DNA of 64,000 nt from Hydrolagus affinis (taxonomy: Eukaryota): contig JAAILG010000268.1 of assembly GCA_012026655.1 (NCBI GenBank), positions 1-64,000 on the forward strand. Direction: 5' to 3'. Below the pieces are notes generated by a model, which ran no database searches, had not been told where the DNA came from, and saw only the letters and a list, made by a program, of their open reading frames with translations. Position numbers and translations under genes: made by a program. Shown here one piece after another: positions 49,779-62,440 of the stretch (position 1 is the first letter of the stretch; each line of letters opens with the position of its first letter).

Positions 49779-52369
49779 TGTAGTCCTTTTATTCAAATTG
49801 TCCAAATTCCTTCTAACCCATCCAGACTAGTTGAAGATATTTTTCAACAAAGATAATTTAATTACTGCAACTATTAGAAGAAGGGGTTGACGATTGTAAG
49901 TACTTCCAAATTGCCAGTAATATGTAGAAAGTTACATACCTATCCACTACGCCTCATCCCCTAACTCACCTTTAAAGCCTAGCTGTTACCCTTCCAGCTA
50001 CACTATTGGACCTTTCACAAACCCTCCTCAGCTTCCCCCCTCTCAGCTTGGACTCCCTATAAGATGTGCAAGAAAGCACTTTGTGACATCCATCTGATGT
50101 GAAGGGTACTACATAAATGTAAATTCTTGTTGTTTAAAGCACCCGTTGGCCTGTGTTTATTCTGAAGTTAGAGTTTGATGTAAGAAAAATGGAAAATCAT
50201 GTCTTGCTTGTTTCTGTATTTATGGCACTTTGAGAAACTATAGCTTTTGTCTTAGGTCTTTTGGAGGTTCACTCTAAATTACAGGGGATCATTTCAAAAT
50301 CCATACAATATGTAATCTCAAGAAAGACACTCAGTACAGTTTAACTCAGATGGAATGTTTCAGTTTTGTCTAAATATTGTAAATTATGTACTGTGTACAT
50401 ATATTTGATAATATTTATATGCATTATACTTGATTATAATGCATATATGTATAATGATGTATACTGATTAAATAATAATATACAATAGGTATTTATATTA
50501 CATATACTGTATTCTGAAGGCACAATTGAACCAATGAGCAATTAAAGGGTTAACATACCACATCAACAAAACTGCATTGTGTCATCATGCAGCAGTAACA
50601 CACCACATGTATTTTGCTAATGTAATTATCAACATTAAAGCAGATATTTAGTTTACATGTTAATGTTTTTTTAAACCACTATTAGGAACTGCCATTAGTG
50701 CAATTATTTTTCTTATTAAGGTTGCAGCGCGCATCTGCATTTCACGCTGAGCTACCGGATGTGCACTGCTTGCTTCTGTTAGATATGCTAAATTAGACAA
50801 TTTCATACCTGCCACCTACTCATTATCCATAAAATAAATAGGAAGAATGAGAGAATAATAAAGACATAACTAGCAGTGCGAATATTGCAGAGGGACTATA
50901 CAGAGAGAAAATACAAGGTGAAGGGAAGCTAATAACAATGTTCAGTAGGACGGTATTTAACCCTGAAAAGTCTATTCTTTACCTCCATGTTCTTTTAAAT
51001 ATCGTCGTCTCAAATCCGTTACAAAAGAGAGAGAGACAGCGAACGAAAAACAACATTTAATGAATGGGAAACGACAGCCTGTAATTTCAATGGAAGAATA
51101 GTAATTAAGACATAATGCATTACTGGATGAAGGGTGAATAGCGAGAGAACCAAAAATCCAGGCTTAGTAAGATATGTGACTCATTCATTAGTTGACTTTT
51201 TAGATAGTATATCATTTAAAGTGTTGCATGAAATGGCAAGCATAAAAGGGGAAGGTATGGTCCAGCGGCACACTAATTAAATCAGAAATCACGAAGAGGA
51301 TACATCAGGAGATTAAATGATGGGATTGAGGGCTAGGAAGATAATAAAAGCAAAACTCGGACAATAAATAACATGTATAAAATTACAGGAATAACCATCC
51401 TTATTATCGGTGTTATAGTCGACTGTATGGTGACAGGTCATTTCAGTAAATTCTTTCCATTATTTAATACTGCTGGAATGACGGATTGCACTTGTTTTAA
51501 AGCATTTCCATAGATTTATAACTATAGTCTTAGATGTGAATTACTGCCATAATTAGAATGAACAAAGCAGTGTTTAACATATTTTGCCCCTTATGCCATC
51601 GGATGTATGCTTGATAACCCTTTCGGGGATATGACCAGCTATTTTTGTGTAGCCTCTAATTTGACTGGCACCCTCTGTCAGCGATTGTACAGTGATTCAA
51701 GTGATTCTGACTGCGTTCGCCTACAAATGCACAGTCACTACAGTTCACCTTTGAGCAAAAAATCCTGTAAAACACTTTAAAATGTCTTCACAACGTGTCG
51801 AAGAGCCATTAACATTTATCTTATTATAATAATCCTTACATTTGATAGTGTCTTTGATGTGGTCGCAATGTCTTAAAGCTCTTCACAAGACTTTTACTGT
51901 TAAGTGCTGTGACTAATTTTGTAGGCGTACGTGACAACAAGAATTGCACACTGATTCTGCTAAGAGGCATGAAGTATTTAAACATATGAGCAGCAAAGCA
52001 AGAAATATGAAATATAATGTGCATGGCAGCTCACCAATTCTTTATATTTGCTTCATAATGAACCTATGTATCATTGAGGCTAGGTTCATTTATTTTAGGA
52101 AGAAATTAGATGGATGCTTTAGTAAAAGGCATATTGAAAGGTGTGGAGAACAAGTAGATGAGTGGGAATGAACTGGATAGATCATGTGGAGAAAAACACC
52201 AGCACCAAATGGAGTGAATTGGCGTTTCCATGATCTATGTCAGACTGCTAACCTTTGATGATGCATTTGTTGATTGTAAAAGATATAAAATATGTCATTG
52301 CATGACAGGGTCAGTCCCTTTGCAGGTCAGCCAGCATTATTGCTGATTACCTTGTGTCAAAATGCAGGG

Positions 52370-52650
52370 ATTATTCAGCAGGGCTCTCACTTTTCAGTCA
52401 GAACTTTGAATTCTCTTATTCTTGGCTGATATTCCAGTGGAGTACTGCATTGCTGGAGGGTACTGGCCGTCGTATGAATTATCAAATCAAGGTCCTGTTT
52501 GACTCTTCAGCTGGGTGTTAAAGATCCCAAAGCACTATTTCAAAAAGAGAAGGGAATTTCTCCTAATGTCCTGGCCAACAATCCCCTAGAATAAAATTGG
52601 TCAAACATGACTGTATGTAGGAACATCACTGAGCATAAACTGGCTGCCTA
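52370..52650 (+). mobile_element. Deu-domain SINE
   Basis: ggctgatattccagtggagtactg..aaagatcccaaagcactattt..gggaatttctcctaatgtcctggccaac. Confidence 0.72.
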
Positions 52651-54284
52651 TGTAATGCATGGGCAAACTGGTGTAAACAGATACCTCAAGTCCATGGGGA
52701 AATAGACACAACAACTCAGGGACTACAATCCAGCAAAAAAGGAACAAATTGTACTCTCCACCCACCTCCACCCTGTGCATGATAGCAATGTTAACGTATC
52801 ACCTGTGATTGTGTGATACAAATTGGCACAGGTAGATTGACATACAGTATATTGATGTGTCAGAAACTAGTTTTACAGGATTTTAAATGCATTGATTTAC
52901 ATCTTCAAAGGCATTTGGAGCACAATGCACATAGTGTAAAAAAGTAAGCTATTTTTAATATCAATATTTACTGCATCCAGAATCACTTAAAAATGAACAA
53001 GTCATGTAGCAGGATTAGCTGTAGGGCTGTTGAAAATCAGATGAGTACAGATAGCAGTAACAGTGGGGAGTGGAGACTTATCATGCTGGGTTCTTCTGCA
53101 TTAATGGGACTGAGTCAGTTTAACTGGAACCAAAGCAAGCCTCTGAAATACATCTTGTTCGCTCATCTTTAACCAACTGTGTCAGGTGAGATCAGTGGTT
53201 TACAATCTTCAGGTGCTAAATATTAATACTGTATTGCTATTGACATCCATTTCTAGTTTTGATACCTGCTGTCACTTCTGCAGCTATAACAATATTAATT
53301 TTGCAAAGAAGTCAAACCATTTTTAATGTATACTATTTTCCTACAGAATTCTAAATGTGCAAGCAAAATACTAAGCAATTTTATGTTTCATAACATTACT
53401 CAGACCCTTTTGACCGATGCTAACATGACCATGTGTGTAAAATAGCCCATTGAATTGATATCTGGTAACAGATGTTTTCTTTCTGGTACCTAAGAGGCGG
53501 TGTAATCTCAGCTTGCTCGTAGCTCAGAGCCCATTTATTTTTATTGGAAATTCCCTCCCTCTCTCTGATATTTGCTCACAGCAACCTATTTGAGCTTTGA
53601 GTCCTTCCCCTCAGCTTGGAACAGGATCATTTGGGTTGATAACTCCATCATAACACTAATAAAGCTCTGTGCTCAGCTAATGTAAGCAACGCTGTGAGAC
53701 AAATTAGCAAGGTCAATCTTTTCCCTCTAACCCTCTCTCTGAGAGCTTGAGCTACAATATGCTCCTGAAGTTCGAAGTCTGCAGTGAGAGTTGGTGAAAT
53801 GTGTTTGCATCAGTGGTTAAAGAAGAGTCTCGGACCTACGATTATCTGCTGAGAAGCCAGATATTCCACTGCTTATGTTCCTGGTTCACCTAATAACCTC
53901 AGCAATAGAAACACAGCTGAGATCCAAATTTACATTTGTTCATTTCTCATGTAAGATTAAACTACCATTAAACTGTACTACCACCCAATCTGTTGTCATA
54001 GTACCCTTTGCACAAATTGCTATCAGCAACCCACTATTGTACTACACTCCTACATGTTATCAACAGAGAGTGGCCTACATGAAAGAGACTATGTGATATA
54101 TTTTATTATTTTACCTGCGCCTCGTTATTCTCTGCATTGGTTGAGTAGAACTTGCATCAATCAGGTATTCCCTCTGGGAAGCTTTATAAAGCCAGGGAAC
54201 AATATTTCAATTCTTAATAATATCTCAATTGAGATATCAAAGACTGCACAGCAACCCTATCAACAGAAATTCTCGCATTGCTAT

Positions 54285-54990
54285 AGTGCCTTCCTGCAGC
54301 TGAACGTGGACAAGACGAATCCCAAACTCCCTGACTCCAGTCAACATCTTCACTCCTGTGGATCTAAACTCCTCAACCACTCTGGGCTCTTCCTCAGACT
54401 CATCAAACCAATGCATAACTAACCCCCAGTTGTCCTTCCTCTCCCACATGTGGTCCTTGATCAGGTCCACCTCCTTCCACCTCTGTCACATAGCTTGCCT
54501 CTGACCGTACCCTACCTGAAATGCAGCCGAAACCCTTGTGCATGTGCTTGTCACCTCCTGCTTGGATTACTCCAACACACTCCTCGCTGGTCTCCCATGC
54601 TCCACCTCTCAAAAGATCCAGTTCATTCAGACTTCTGAATGACACAGTGACACGACCAAACATTGTTACCCAGTTCTCATCAGTTCTGGCCAGGTTCCAC
54701 TGGCTCATCATCACAGAATAGATTGACTTCAAGATACTCACACTCGTGTTGAAATGCACTCACTCTCTGACACCTCCCTACCTCTCCAACCTCCTAATTC
54801 CGCTCGACTGGCACAGACCTCCTACTCGGCCCTCGCACTCTCTGCCCCACCATTGGAGGTCACGCTTTCAGTCACTACACCCCAAAACTCTGGAACACTC
54901 TCACTTGCCCCCTTCTCTTTGCTCTTTCAAGTCCTGCTGAACACTATCCTCTTCAGCCATTTTTTGTGGCCACCTCCCCATCCCCCCGGC
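54285..54990 (+). mobile_element. Frameshifted L2 ORF2 C-terminal fragment
   Basis: FLQLNVDKT and LARFHWLIITE; collinear with 38280-39420. Confidence 0.88.
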
Positions 54991-57394
54991 TATGAATAGC
55001 CAAAAAGTGAATGACCAACTTTATCTGGAGGATTGTTGGCAAGAACAATGGGAGAATCTTCCGCTGAATAGTGCCTTGGGATTTTTAACGTCCACCTGAC
55101 TAAGCAGACCATACTTCAGTTTAGCGTTTTATCCGACATGACAATGCAATCCCCCCCGGCCCCCACTAGTTGTGTACATAAACATCGAAAACAAGGCTGA
55201 TTAATATATTCATATTCTAATCATCCGTGAAGCTTACTGAAGCTATTCTTTTTCACCAATCAATTTATGTTGGCTTTGTGACCTTAGAATGGGAAACCCT
55301 GAGGTTTTCCCATCTCTGCTTGGGATATTTTACCTTGGCTTGGAACGTGGGGAAGAATATTGTCTCTGTCCTAAAACAAACACTCCGCTCAGTTAATTGT
55401 ACAATAATATTGATGCTGATCTGGGAGTAATCCATGGCCTGTGTTCCTGCCCTGGTTGAAGGTCGGCCAAAAGCTCTCATTGCAAATACAGAGGTGCAAA
55501 AAAATAAATACATTAGAACCTCTCTCTCCCTCCCCCACCCCACCTCCTCCCACTTTCCTCCTACATCCTTCATACACAAAAAAAAACTTTTGGTGGGAAA
55601 GGGAAACATTTTTAATCTCATTACATTTTAATCATTTTGAAGTATAATATTTCTCTACATTGGTTTATAACCATTCTCATTTGTACTAATGGAATTATAA
55701 TAATGATGATTATAATTTGATTTGAAACATGGTAATTTGGTATCTGGCACTCGCAGTTCTTAATACAGTACTACAGGCTACAATGTAACAACCTGTATTA
55801 GTATCCTCAGTAGTATATTATATAGTACTTCTGGTTAGTTGAGATAATTAAAATTAACATCACGGTCTAAGTTTCAGGCAATTTCTACTTTAAATTTCAG
55901 AAAAGTGTTTCTTAAGGACTCCTTAATAAAATATTAACTTTGTACACACGAACATAACTTCATAAATGTCTTGAATTTCTACACACAAAAAAATCTATCA
56001 TTAAACTGGTGGAACATTAAGCTTTGATTAAGGAATTTGATGATCTTTTAAAAAAAATGCAAACTTTTTTTTCCCCCAGTTTCTGATTCAAGCTTCAATG
56101 TGCTGCACTTTCCCCTGAAGTTTGATATTTCCTGAAGCAAAGTAAAATATTCATAATATGCTCAAAATGGCACTTTGCCAATGGCTGTGATTAAAAACCA
56201 AAGTTAATCAATTAAGTGTGTTTCAATTCACATTACACTCATCAGGTCTTTAACTCGGATTAAATGGCAGAATTCAAGAGATTCAATAAAGTCAGCGCTG
56301 TTACTACAGAATTAAAGACTTTCAACTGTGCGTGGCACAGGAGGTTAAAGTCTCTTTTGTTGAAAATGACCTTTCCCATAGAGGAAGGTGGTCTAAAATA
56401 GCTCTCATTGTAATCTAAGAGAAAGAAAATTACCCTCTCCAGTTCAAATATAAAATTAGAAAGCAGAACTTTCAGCTCAAATTGGTTACAGGACAACATT
56501 ATTCTGCCCTTATTGAATTCATTGCAAGTTGATTGTAATAAAAGCAATGTCTTCCCAGCCTTTATCAGAAGTGGTCCAGTCCTGCGAACAGTGAATAGGA
56601 GAGCACTAATCCTGGACCTTCAATGACTTCATAAATCAGAACTTTCAGAGCCTGTCATGGGCTCAATAATGAGGGTCATTATTCAGCCAGAGTGTCAAAA
56701 CTACTATCAAAGGACCTTCGGAGAACTGCACTCATTCTCTTTCTTGTTAAATAAGCAAGTAGTATACAAAAATGGCAAACAAGAAGCAGGTCAATCTGAT
56801 ACAGTGCAGAGGCATGGAGACCTCTAGAGTAATTTACCCTTTGGGGATACTGATCATAGGGGAGATAAATTATGTGCTCTCTCCATAAGATTAATGGCAA
56901 TACAAATCCAAGCAGTGTTTTCTAAAATAGGCTACATAGAACTGTGAAACTAACAACATATTTTTATGCATAACAGATGGTAAACAACACAAACTGATTA
57001 ACACTAAGACATTTTTATGTCTGTTAAAGTAATAGATTGCATGCTAATAACCATTCTACATCATTTTGTTTAAGTAACTACACTGTCATCTGCTACCTTT
57101 TAGCGTAAGGAAGTAATTAAGTGTGGGACAATATTTTTAAACTAAATTTTTCCACATTCTTGCCCTTTAATATTTCCATGACTTCGTTGGAGTACACGCT
57201 TTCATCAGCCTGGCTCACTTGTGTTTCTACCGAGTCAACAATGGTGCTGGCTACATGCTTAGCCAAGAGGAGATTAACTTTTATGGGGTTTCAGTCGTCC
57301 TGACAGTTTACCTTACAATAAAACACAAGCTCTTCCAAATTCAGGTCTGGCAGAAACCATGATGAGTGATGGAGATGCTGAACATTTGTCCATA

Positions 57395-57590
57395 TTATAA
57401 TAATCGTTGCATTTTATATAGCGCCTTATCAAGTTTTTGATCATCTCAAATGGCTTCACAGAATATACTGTAAAGTAAATAATAATAATAATCCTTGCAT
57501 TTGATATAGCGCTTTTCACATCTTCTAGACATCCTAAAGCGCTTCACAGAATATACTGTAAAGTGAATTGATTGTATATTTTGTGGGCTT
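57395..57590 (-). mobile_element. Two tandem SINE 3' tails
   Basis: ataataatc(c/g)ttgcattt..gcttcacagaatatactgtaaagt occurs twice, head-to-tail (57395-57478 and 57480-57590). Confidence 0.8.
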
Positions 57591-57599
57591 CAAAGTATT

Positions 57600-57880
57600 C
57601 ATTGCAAAGGGTATTTTATTTTATGGGCAAACATGCCAGTCGATTTTTGCACAGCATTGGCTCAAAATCAGTGATGGACTGACTACATGACCAATTGTTA
57701 GTCAGCACACCACCAGAAACTCCCTTCTCTTTTTGAGTAATGCTATGGGATCTTTTAACGTCCTGTACCGTAACCTGAAGAGGCAGATGGGAGATCAGTT
57801 TCACATCTCATCCGAAAGACAGCATCTCCATTAATGGAGTGCATTCACAGCGTACCACTGGATTGTTAGTCCAGATCATT
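57600..57880 (-). mobile_element. Deu-domain SINE
   Basis: gctatgggatcttttaacgtcc..cctgaagaggcagatggg..tctcatccgaaagacagcatctcc. Confidence 0.75.
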
Positions 57881-58054
57881 GCCTGCAAAAAGCAAAATAA
57901 CACTTACACATTGCAAAATATGTCATCATGTTTCTTTTTAGGAAGATGACAGGGCCACATCTGGCAACTTACAGACCTCTTAATAACAAAAAATAATGGA
58001 GTCTCTTGTAAAAAAGAAAACTAGAATTAAAATATTCTAATAAATGACAGCCAA

Positions 58055-58375
58055 CACAACAACAATAGCAACAACAAAATTACACTTGTATAGCGCCTTT
58101 CACGTCAGGAGGACGACGAGGTGCTGTACAGTCATTGTTTCAGATCCGAGCTGGGGTTGGGGACGGGGAGGGTTGAGAGAAAGAGGGGGATTTGAAGCGA
58201 CTGATGGGACCGTCGAAGAGGAGGGTCTCGAGACGGGACTTCAAGGAGCCCAGGGAGGGATCGAGGTGGAGGGACTGCGGGATGGAGTTCCAGAGGTTGG
58301 GGGCAGAGTGGCTGAAGGCTCGCCCGCCAATGGTGGAGCGGGTGGGTCGGGGGACGTGGAGCAGGCTGGAGCCTG
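58055..58375 (-). mobile_element. CpG-rich, probably young L2 3' fragment
   Basis: (AAC)n tail on the plus strand and atagcgcctttcacgtcaggaggacg; CpG-rich; end of ORF2 on the minus strand. Confidence 0.88.
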
Positions 58376-58525
58376 CTTTTAGAAAACAGGGTCTAAAACA
58401 GTAGATCCTGTCTGACCAATTTCACAGGCTGTTTTGAAGAAGTGACAACTTAAATTGACTATGGAGAGCCACACTACAGTATATATCAAGATTTTCAAAT
58501 GGGGTTTCACAAAATATCACATTAA

Positions 58526-58662
58526 GCATAACAAAAAATACTACAGATGCTGGGAATCTGAAACAAAATCAGAGTTTTTGGGGAAACTCAGCAGGTCAGG
58601 CAGCATCCATGGAGAAAGGAAAATGAGTCAATGTTTCGGGTCTACAACCCTTCGTCAGAACT
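58526..58662 (-). mobile_element. Solo Penelope-like terminal repeat carrying a hammerhead motif (58625-58662)
   Basis: Same sequence as the arms at 25683-25960. The minus strand reads AGUU-CUGACGA-A-GGGU-UGUAG-ACCC-GAAA-CAUU-GACU. Confidence 0.8.
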
Positions 58663-58729
58663 AAATCACATTAAATATCACTTTAAGTATCACATTAAAG
58701 CTGCTTCACAAACTGAAGTTTTAATATTG

Positions 58730-59050
58730 AGGTAAATGGGCATCAAAGGCAAGACATCAATTCAGAATTGGCTAAAGGGAAAGAAGCCGAGTCTCTATTT
58801 GATTAAAATGGAGGAGATAGTAAGTAGTGTGCCCCAACGGTTTGCTTTGGAGCCCTCTTGATTCTTGTGTTTATTACAACAATAACAACTTGCTTTCATC
58901 TTAGTGAATCAAAGGAGATAGCAAAGGTCTTACAAGGAGAGCTTGATAGGGTAAGCTCACGGGCTGATCACTGGCAAATTGATACAAATAAATGCAAGGT
59001 TCTGCTACAGATTGGGAGTAAGAACACAAAACACGCAGTAGATATTGAGT
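58730..59050 (+). mobile_element. Degraded CR1 RT fragment
   Basis: IQNWLKG, SSVPQ, LQGELDRVSSRADHWQ and NKCKVL. Confidence 0.75.
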
Positions 59051-59234
59051 AAACCTAGCATTTCCTGTGCTTGTGATATCCTCCTGATGTGAAAGGTGCT
59101 CTATAAATGTAATTTTGTTGTTGTTGTTGTTGTTGCTTATACCTACTCAGTCTTTATTAATATCTTCCATTTCAGACAAATGGACTGTTTTCTTCTGCTG
59201 CTTGTGGTAAATGACAATATCTGTACGTATATCA

Positions 59235-59620
59235 GATTGGCTCAGTTGGTAGCATTTTTACTTCTGGGTGAGAAAGTTGTGAGTTGAACCATGTTGGGAC
59301 CTTGAGTTCATATGTAAAGGCTGACACCACAGTGTAGTGGTGGCGGAGCACAGCACTTCAGATGAGACGTTAACTGAGATTCCGTCTTCCTGGACTTTAA
59401 TAGCACTACTTGAAAGGAGAAGAAAGTTGCTCTGGTTTTCCAGCTAACAATCCTCCTGATAAAAAAATAGCCGGTCACTTCTTTGTGGGACTTTGATATG
59501 TGCAAATTGACTGTCATGATTACCTACAAATACAAAGACACTACACTTTACAGAAACATTGTGAGCCGCTGTGAATGCTCTCATTGTATTAGCCTGTATA
59601 TAAAATGCAAGGATTTGATT
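59235..59620 (+). mobile_element. Near full-length Deu-domain SINE
   Basis: Head tggctcagttggtagca, core ttcagatgagacgttaactgag and tail aaatgcaaggattt. Confidence 0.75.
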
Positions 59621-61140
59621 AATATTATCAAATATTAATACATTCTTTGATATATGTGAATATACATATACTGTACGCAATTGAAAAACTACGTAATTGA
59701 AACAAATCTGTTAAATTCAAGAACTGCGCCATAAACTCTATATGCAGTAATCCTTGCATTTGATACCTTCAAGATTTGGAAAAGTGTCACACTGAATTTT
59801 ACTGTGAAGAGTCGCGACTGTGTAGTTGCAGGCAAACAAACAAATTTACCAGAAGATACTAATATATATACAACTGTTCCCTGACACTTGTGAAACTTCT
59901 ATTCAATATAACAGAATAACAGATGAACCATTCGCCATCATTAATCTCATCCTCTCCAGAAAGAAACATTGCAATATATTAGTCAAAATTCTGTTGCTGT
60001 TAGCACCTTATTCTGCAGCAAATAAAATGTGTCTTTGATTATGAGAATATGGAATTGTCTGCCCCAGAAGGCAATAGATTCAGAATAGACAGGGATGCTA
60101 AAAAGGAAGTCAGATATATACAGTACAGTACTTGGAAAGAAAGGGTATTAAGGAATATGGCTACAAGGTGGGACAATGGAATTAAAAGATCACATCATAT
60201 ACTGCATAGGCCTGATACATAAGCAAAGCTCCCTCAGCTCAGCCCTAACAATACCTCTTAATTCCAACCTGAAAATATTAAGACCAATGGGTCAGTGAGA
60301 TACATACACTTCTGACAGCAGCCATCCTCATGGTGACTGAATCAGAGCAGCAACTTAATACTTGTTTTCTGGCTACGTTTAGGCAGGTTTGTGATAAGGG
60401 CATGTATCCACTATGAACAAAGTAGTGAGTGTCTAAACTCAGTGTAAATGGTACCAGAGAGAAATGAACACATATTATTTGGGTTCAAATCGTGCTTTTT
60501 TGGGCGGTGGGGAGGGGTGTTGTTGATGGGGATGGGGAGGTATCAATCCATGCTAAAATGAATTGCTGCATTACTCTATTAACCAATAGTTGTAAACACC
60601 TCAGAATATCTTTTGATATCATTTTTGTTGCTTTCTTCTTGTTAATTTCTTGTTAATTTCAGTTGAATTTTTTTGAATCTGTTTTTGTTTCATTGGTGAA
60701 CACTGTAGTGACAGACAGTGTCAGACACCCAGCTAACCAGAAAAAAACAGTGACCAGATATTTTAGAAATGATTGGCTCTACTGAAAGAGACATAAATAA
60801 AATAAGTTTGATGGGCTGAATTGGCCTCTTTCTGTGCCATAATTTTAATGAATACATGAGTGGACTTGCTGAAAGGAGATTTTGAAGCCAACAGCATTAA
60901 CGTGGTTGAAATGACAAAATCACGCAGCACCTTGGATTAATGATGAGCAAATCTATTAATGTTAATTCAGCTCCCTCACACTGTCAGACTTAATAACTCC
61001 TCTTAGCCAGTTAAGTCCATGGTGCTTGCATATTCACTGACAACATAACAATTGCATGAAACAGATAGAAGCGAACAGACAAAAAAAAGATTCCCAACTC
61101 CAAACAATTTCTTTCAATTTCTCCAAACAATAAAATTCAG

Positions 61141-61446
61141 TCCTCTAGCTCAGTGTTAGAGCACTCACCTCGCAAGCGGGAGACTTAGGTTTGATTCCCG
61201 GCAGGGAGAAACCTTGGGCAAGTTTCCTTACTCCACACACCTAATAATAATTCCTCAAAAAAGTAATAATTTAGTCACTCAATCTATGACTACTTGTGGG
61301 ACACTGCTGTGCGCAATTGGCTGCCGCGTTGTGCCCACAAATATAATCAATTCACCTTACAGTATATTCTGTGAAGCACTTTGAAACATCTAGAAGACAT
61401 GAAAAGCACTATATAAAATGCAAGGATTATTATTATTATTGTTGTT
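61141..61446 (+). mobile_element. Full-length tRNA-derived SINE (Ala-CGC-like anticodon arm)
   Basis: tagctcagtgttagagcactcacctcgcaagcgggagacttaggtttgattcc, then the shared body and (ATT)n tail. Confidence 0.92.
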
Positions 61447-61989
61447 AAGACATCTGAAAGTGCTCCCCAGAGTGTTGATGTGAAGTGCAGTGACTGTGTA
61501 TTTGTGTTTAAATGTGCTGGCACAAATGAAATGTCACCTTTAAGTAATGATTTCCATTGTCTACATGCATCTTAAGAAAAAGGGTATGTTTTATTTCACT
61601 GATACTGATAAATCCTCCTTCCCCTCAATGAACATTCATCAAAATATTTTATGTGCACTACATTATTCTTTAATATATTATTTTAATATATTCACCCACA
61701 AAGTACAGTCCAAACCACTTTATAGTATTTCCTGTGAAGCGCTCTGAGAATTTTCGAAGATGTGACAAGACGCTCTATCAAATCCAAGGCTTATTTTGTT
61801 TCGCTTTTTTAAAGAAAAAATAGCTGAAAAGGAGGAAAGAAGCATATCATTCAGTGGAGAACCAGGTTTGTAGTAGGAATAGGAAGCTGTTAATACTTAC
61901 ACTTTACAGACTACCACCTATAAACTCTTAGGAATTTGTTTCAGTCATGTCTAATATTGTGAAATAATTTTAAGAATGTAAATTGGGTT

Positions 61990-62440
61990 ATCAGCCTAGT
62001 TCAACTGATAGCACTGTTGTCACTGAGTGAGAAGGTTATGGGTTCAAGGTCCAAGTGAGGTCAGGCAAAGCCCCCGTAGCGAAAGGCACTATACAAATGT
62101 AAATTTGTTGTTGTTGTTGATCTCATAGCCTAGGCTGACACTTCCTTTCAGTTCTGGTGGAGCACTGCTTTGTCAGAGGTGCCATTCTTAATAAAATTGC
62201 CTGGTCGGGTGGATGTTAAATTCTCATGGCATTTCTCGAAAAGAGAAGGGAATTTCTCCCAATGTGCTCACCAACATTCCTTCAGATAAAACCAATCATT
62301 CGCTATGTTGCTATTTGAAGGACATTGTTGTGATTGAATAAGCCGCCTCCATTCACCTGCAAATACACTCTCTACTTTACAATAAATCTTGTGAAGTGCT
62401 TTGAAACGTTTGTTGATGCGATAAATGCAATTATTTTTAT
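61990..62440 (+). mobile_element. Deu-domain SINE with a short L2 tail inserted (about 62065-62120)
   Basis: Head ctgagtgagaaggttatgggttcaagg, then gaaaggcactatacaaatgtaaatt(tgt)n, then cctaggctgacac..gtcagaggtgcc..gggaatttctccc. Confidence 0.72.

Noticed and set aside
57117-57290. Minus-strand protein-like frame (KVNLLLAKHVASTIVDSVETQ...)
   Set aside because: It has an upstream in-frame stop, no suitable splice acceptor and no recognisable homology.
61141-61205. tRNA-Ala gene (also heads at 15530, 33630-33690, 36376 and 47875-47935)
   Set aside because: Each head runs into a SINE body and tail, with degenerate stems. These are SINE heads, not tRNA genes.
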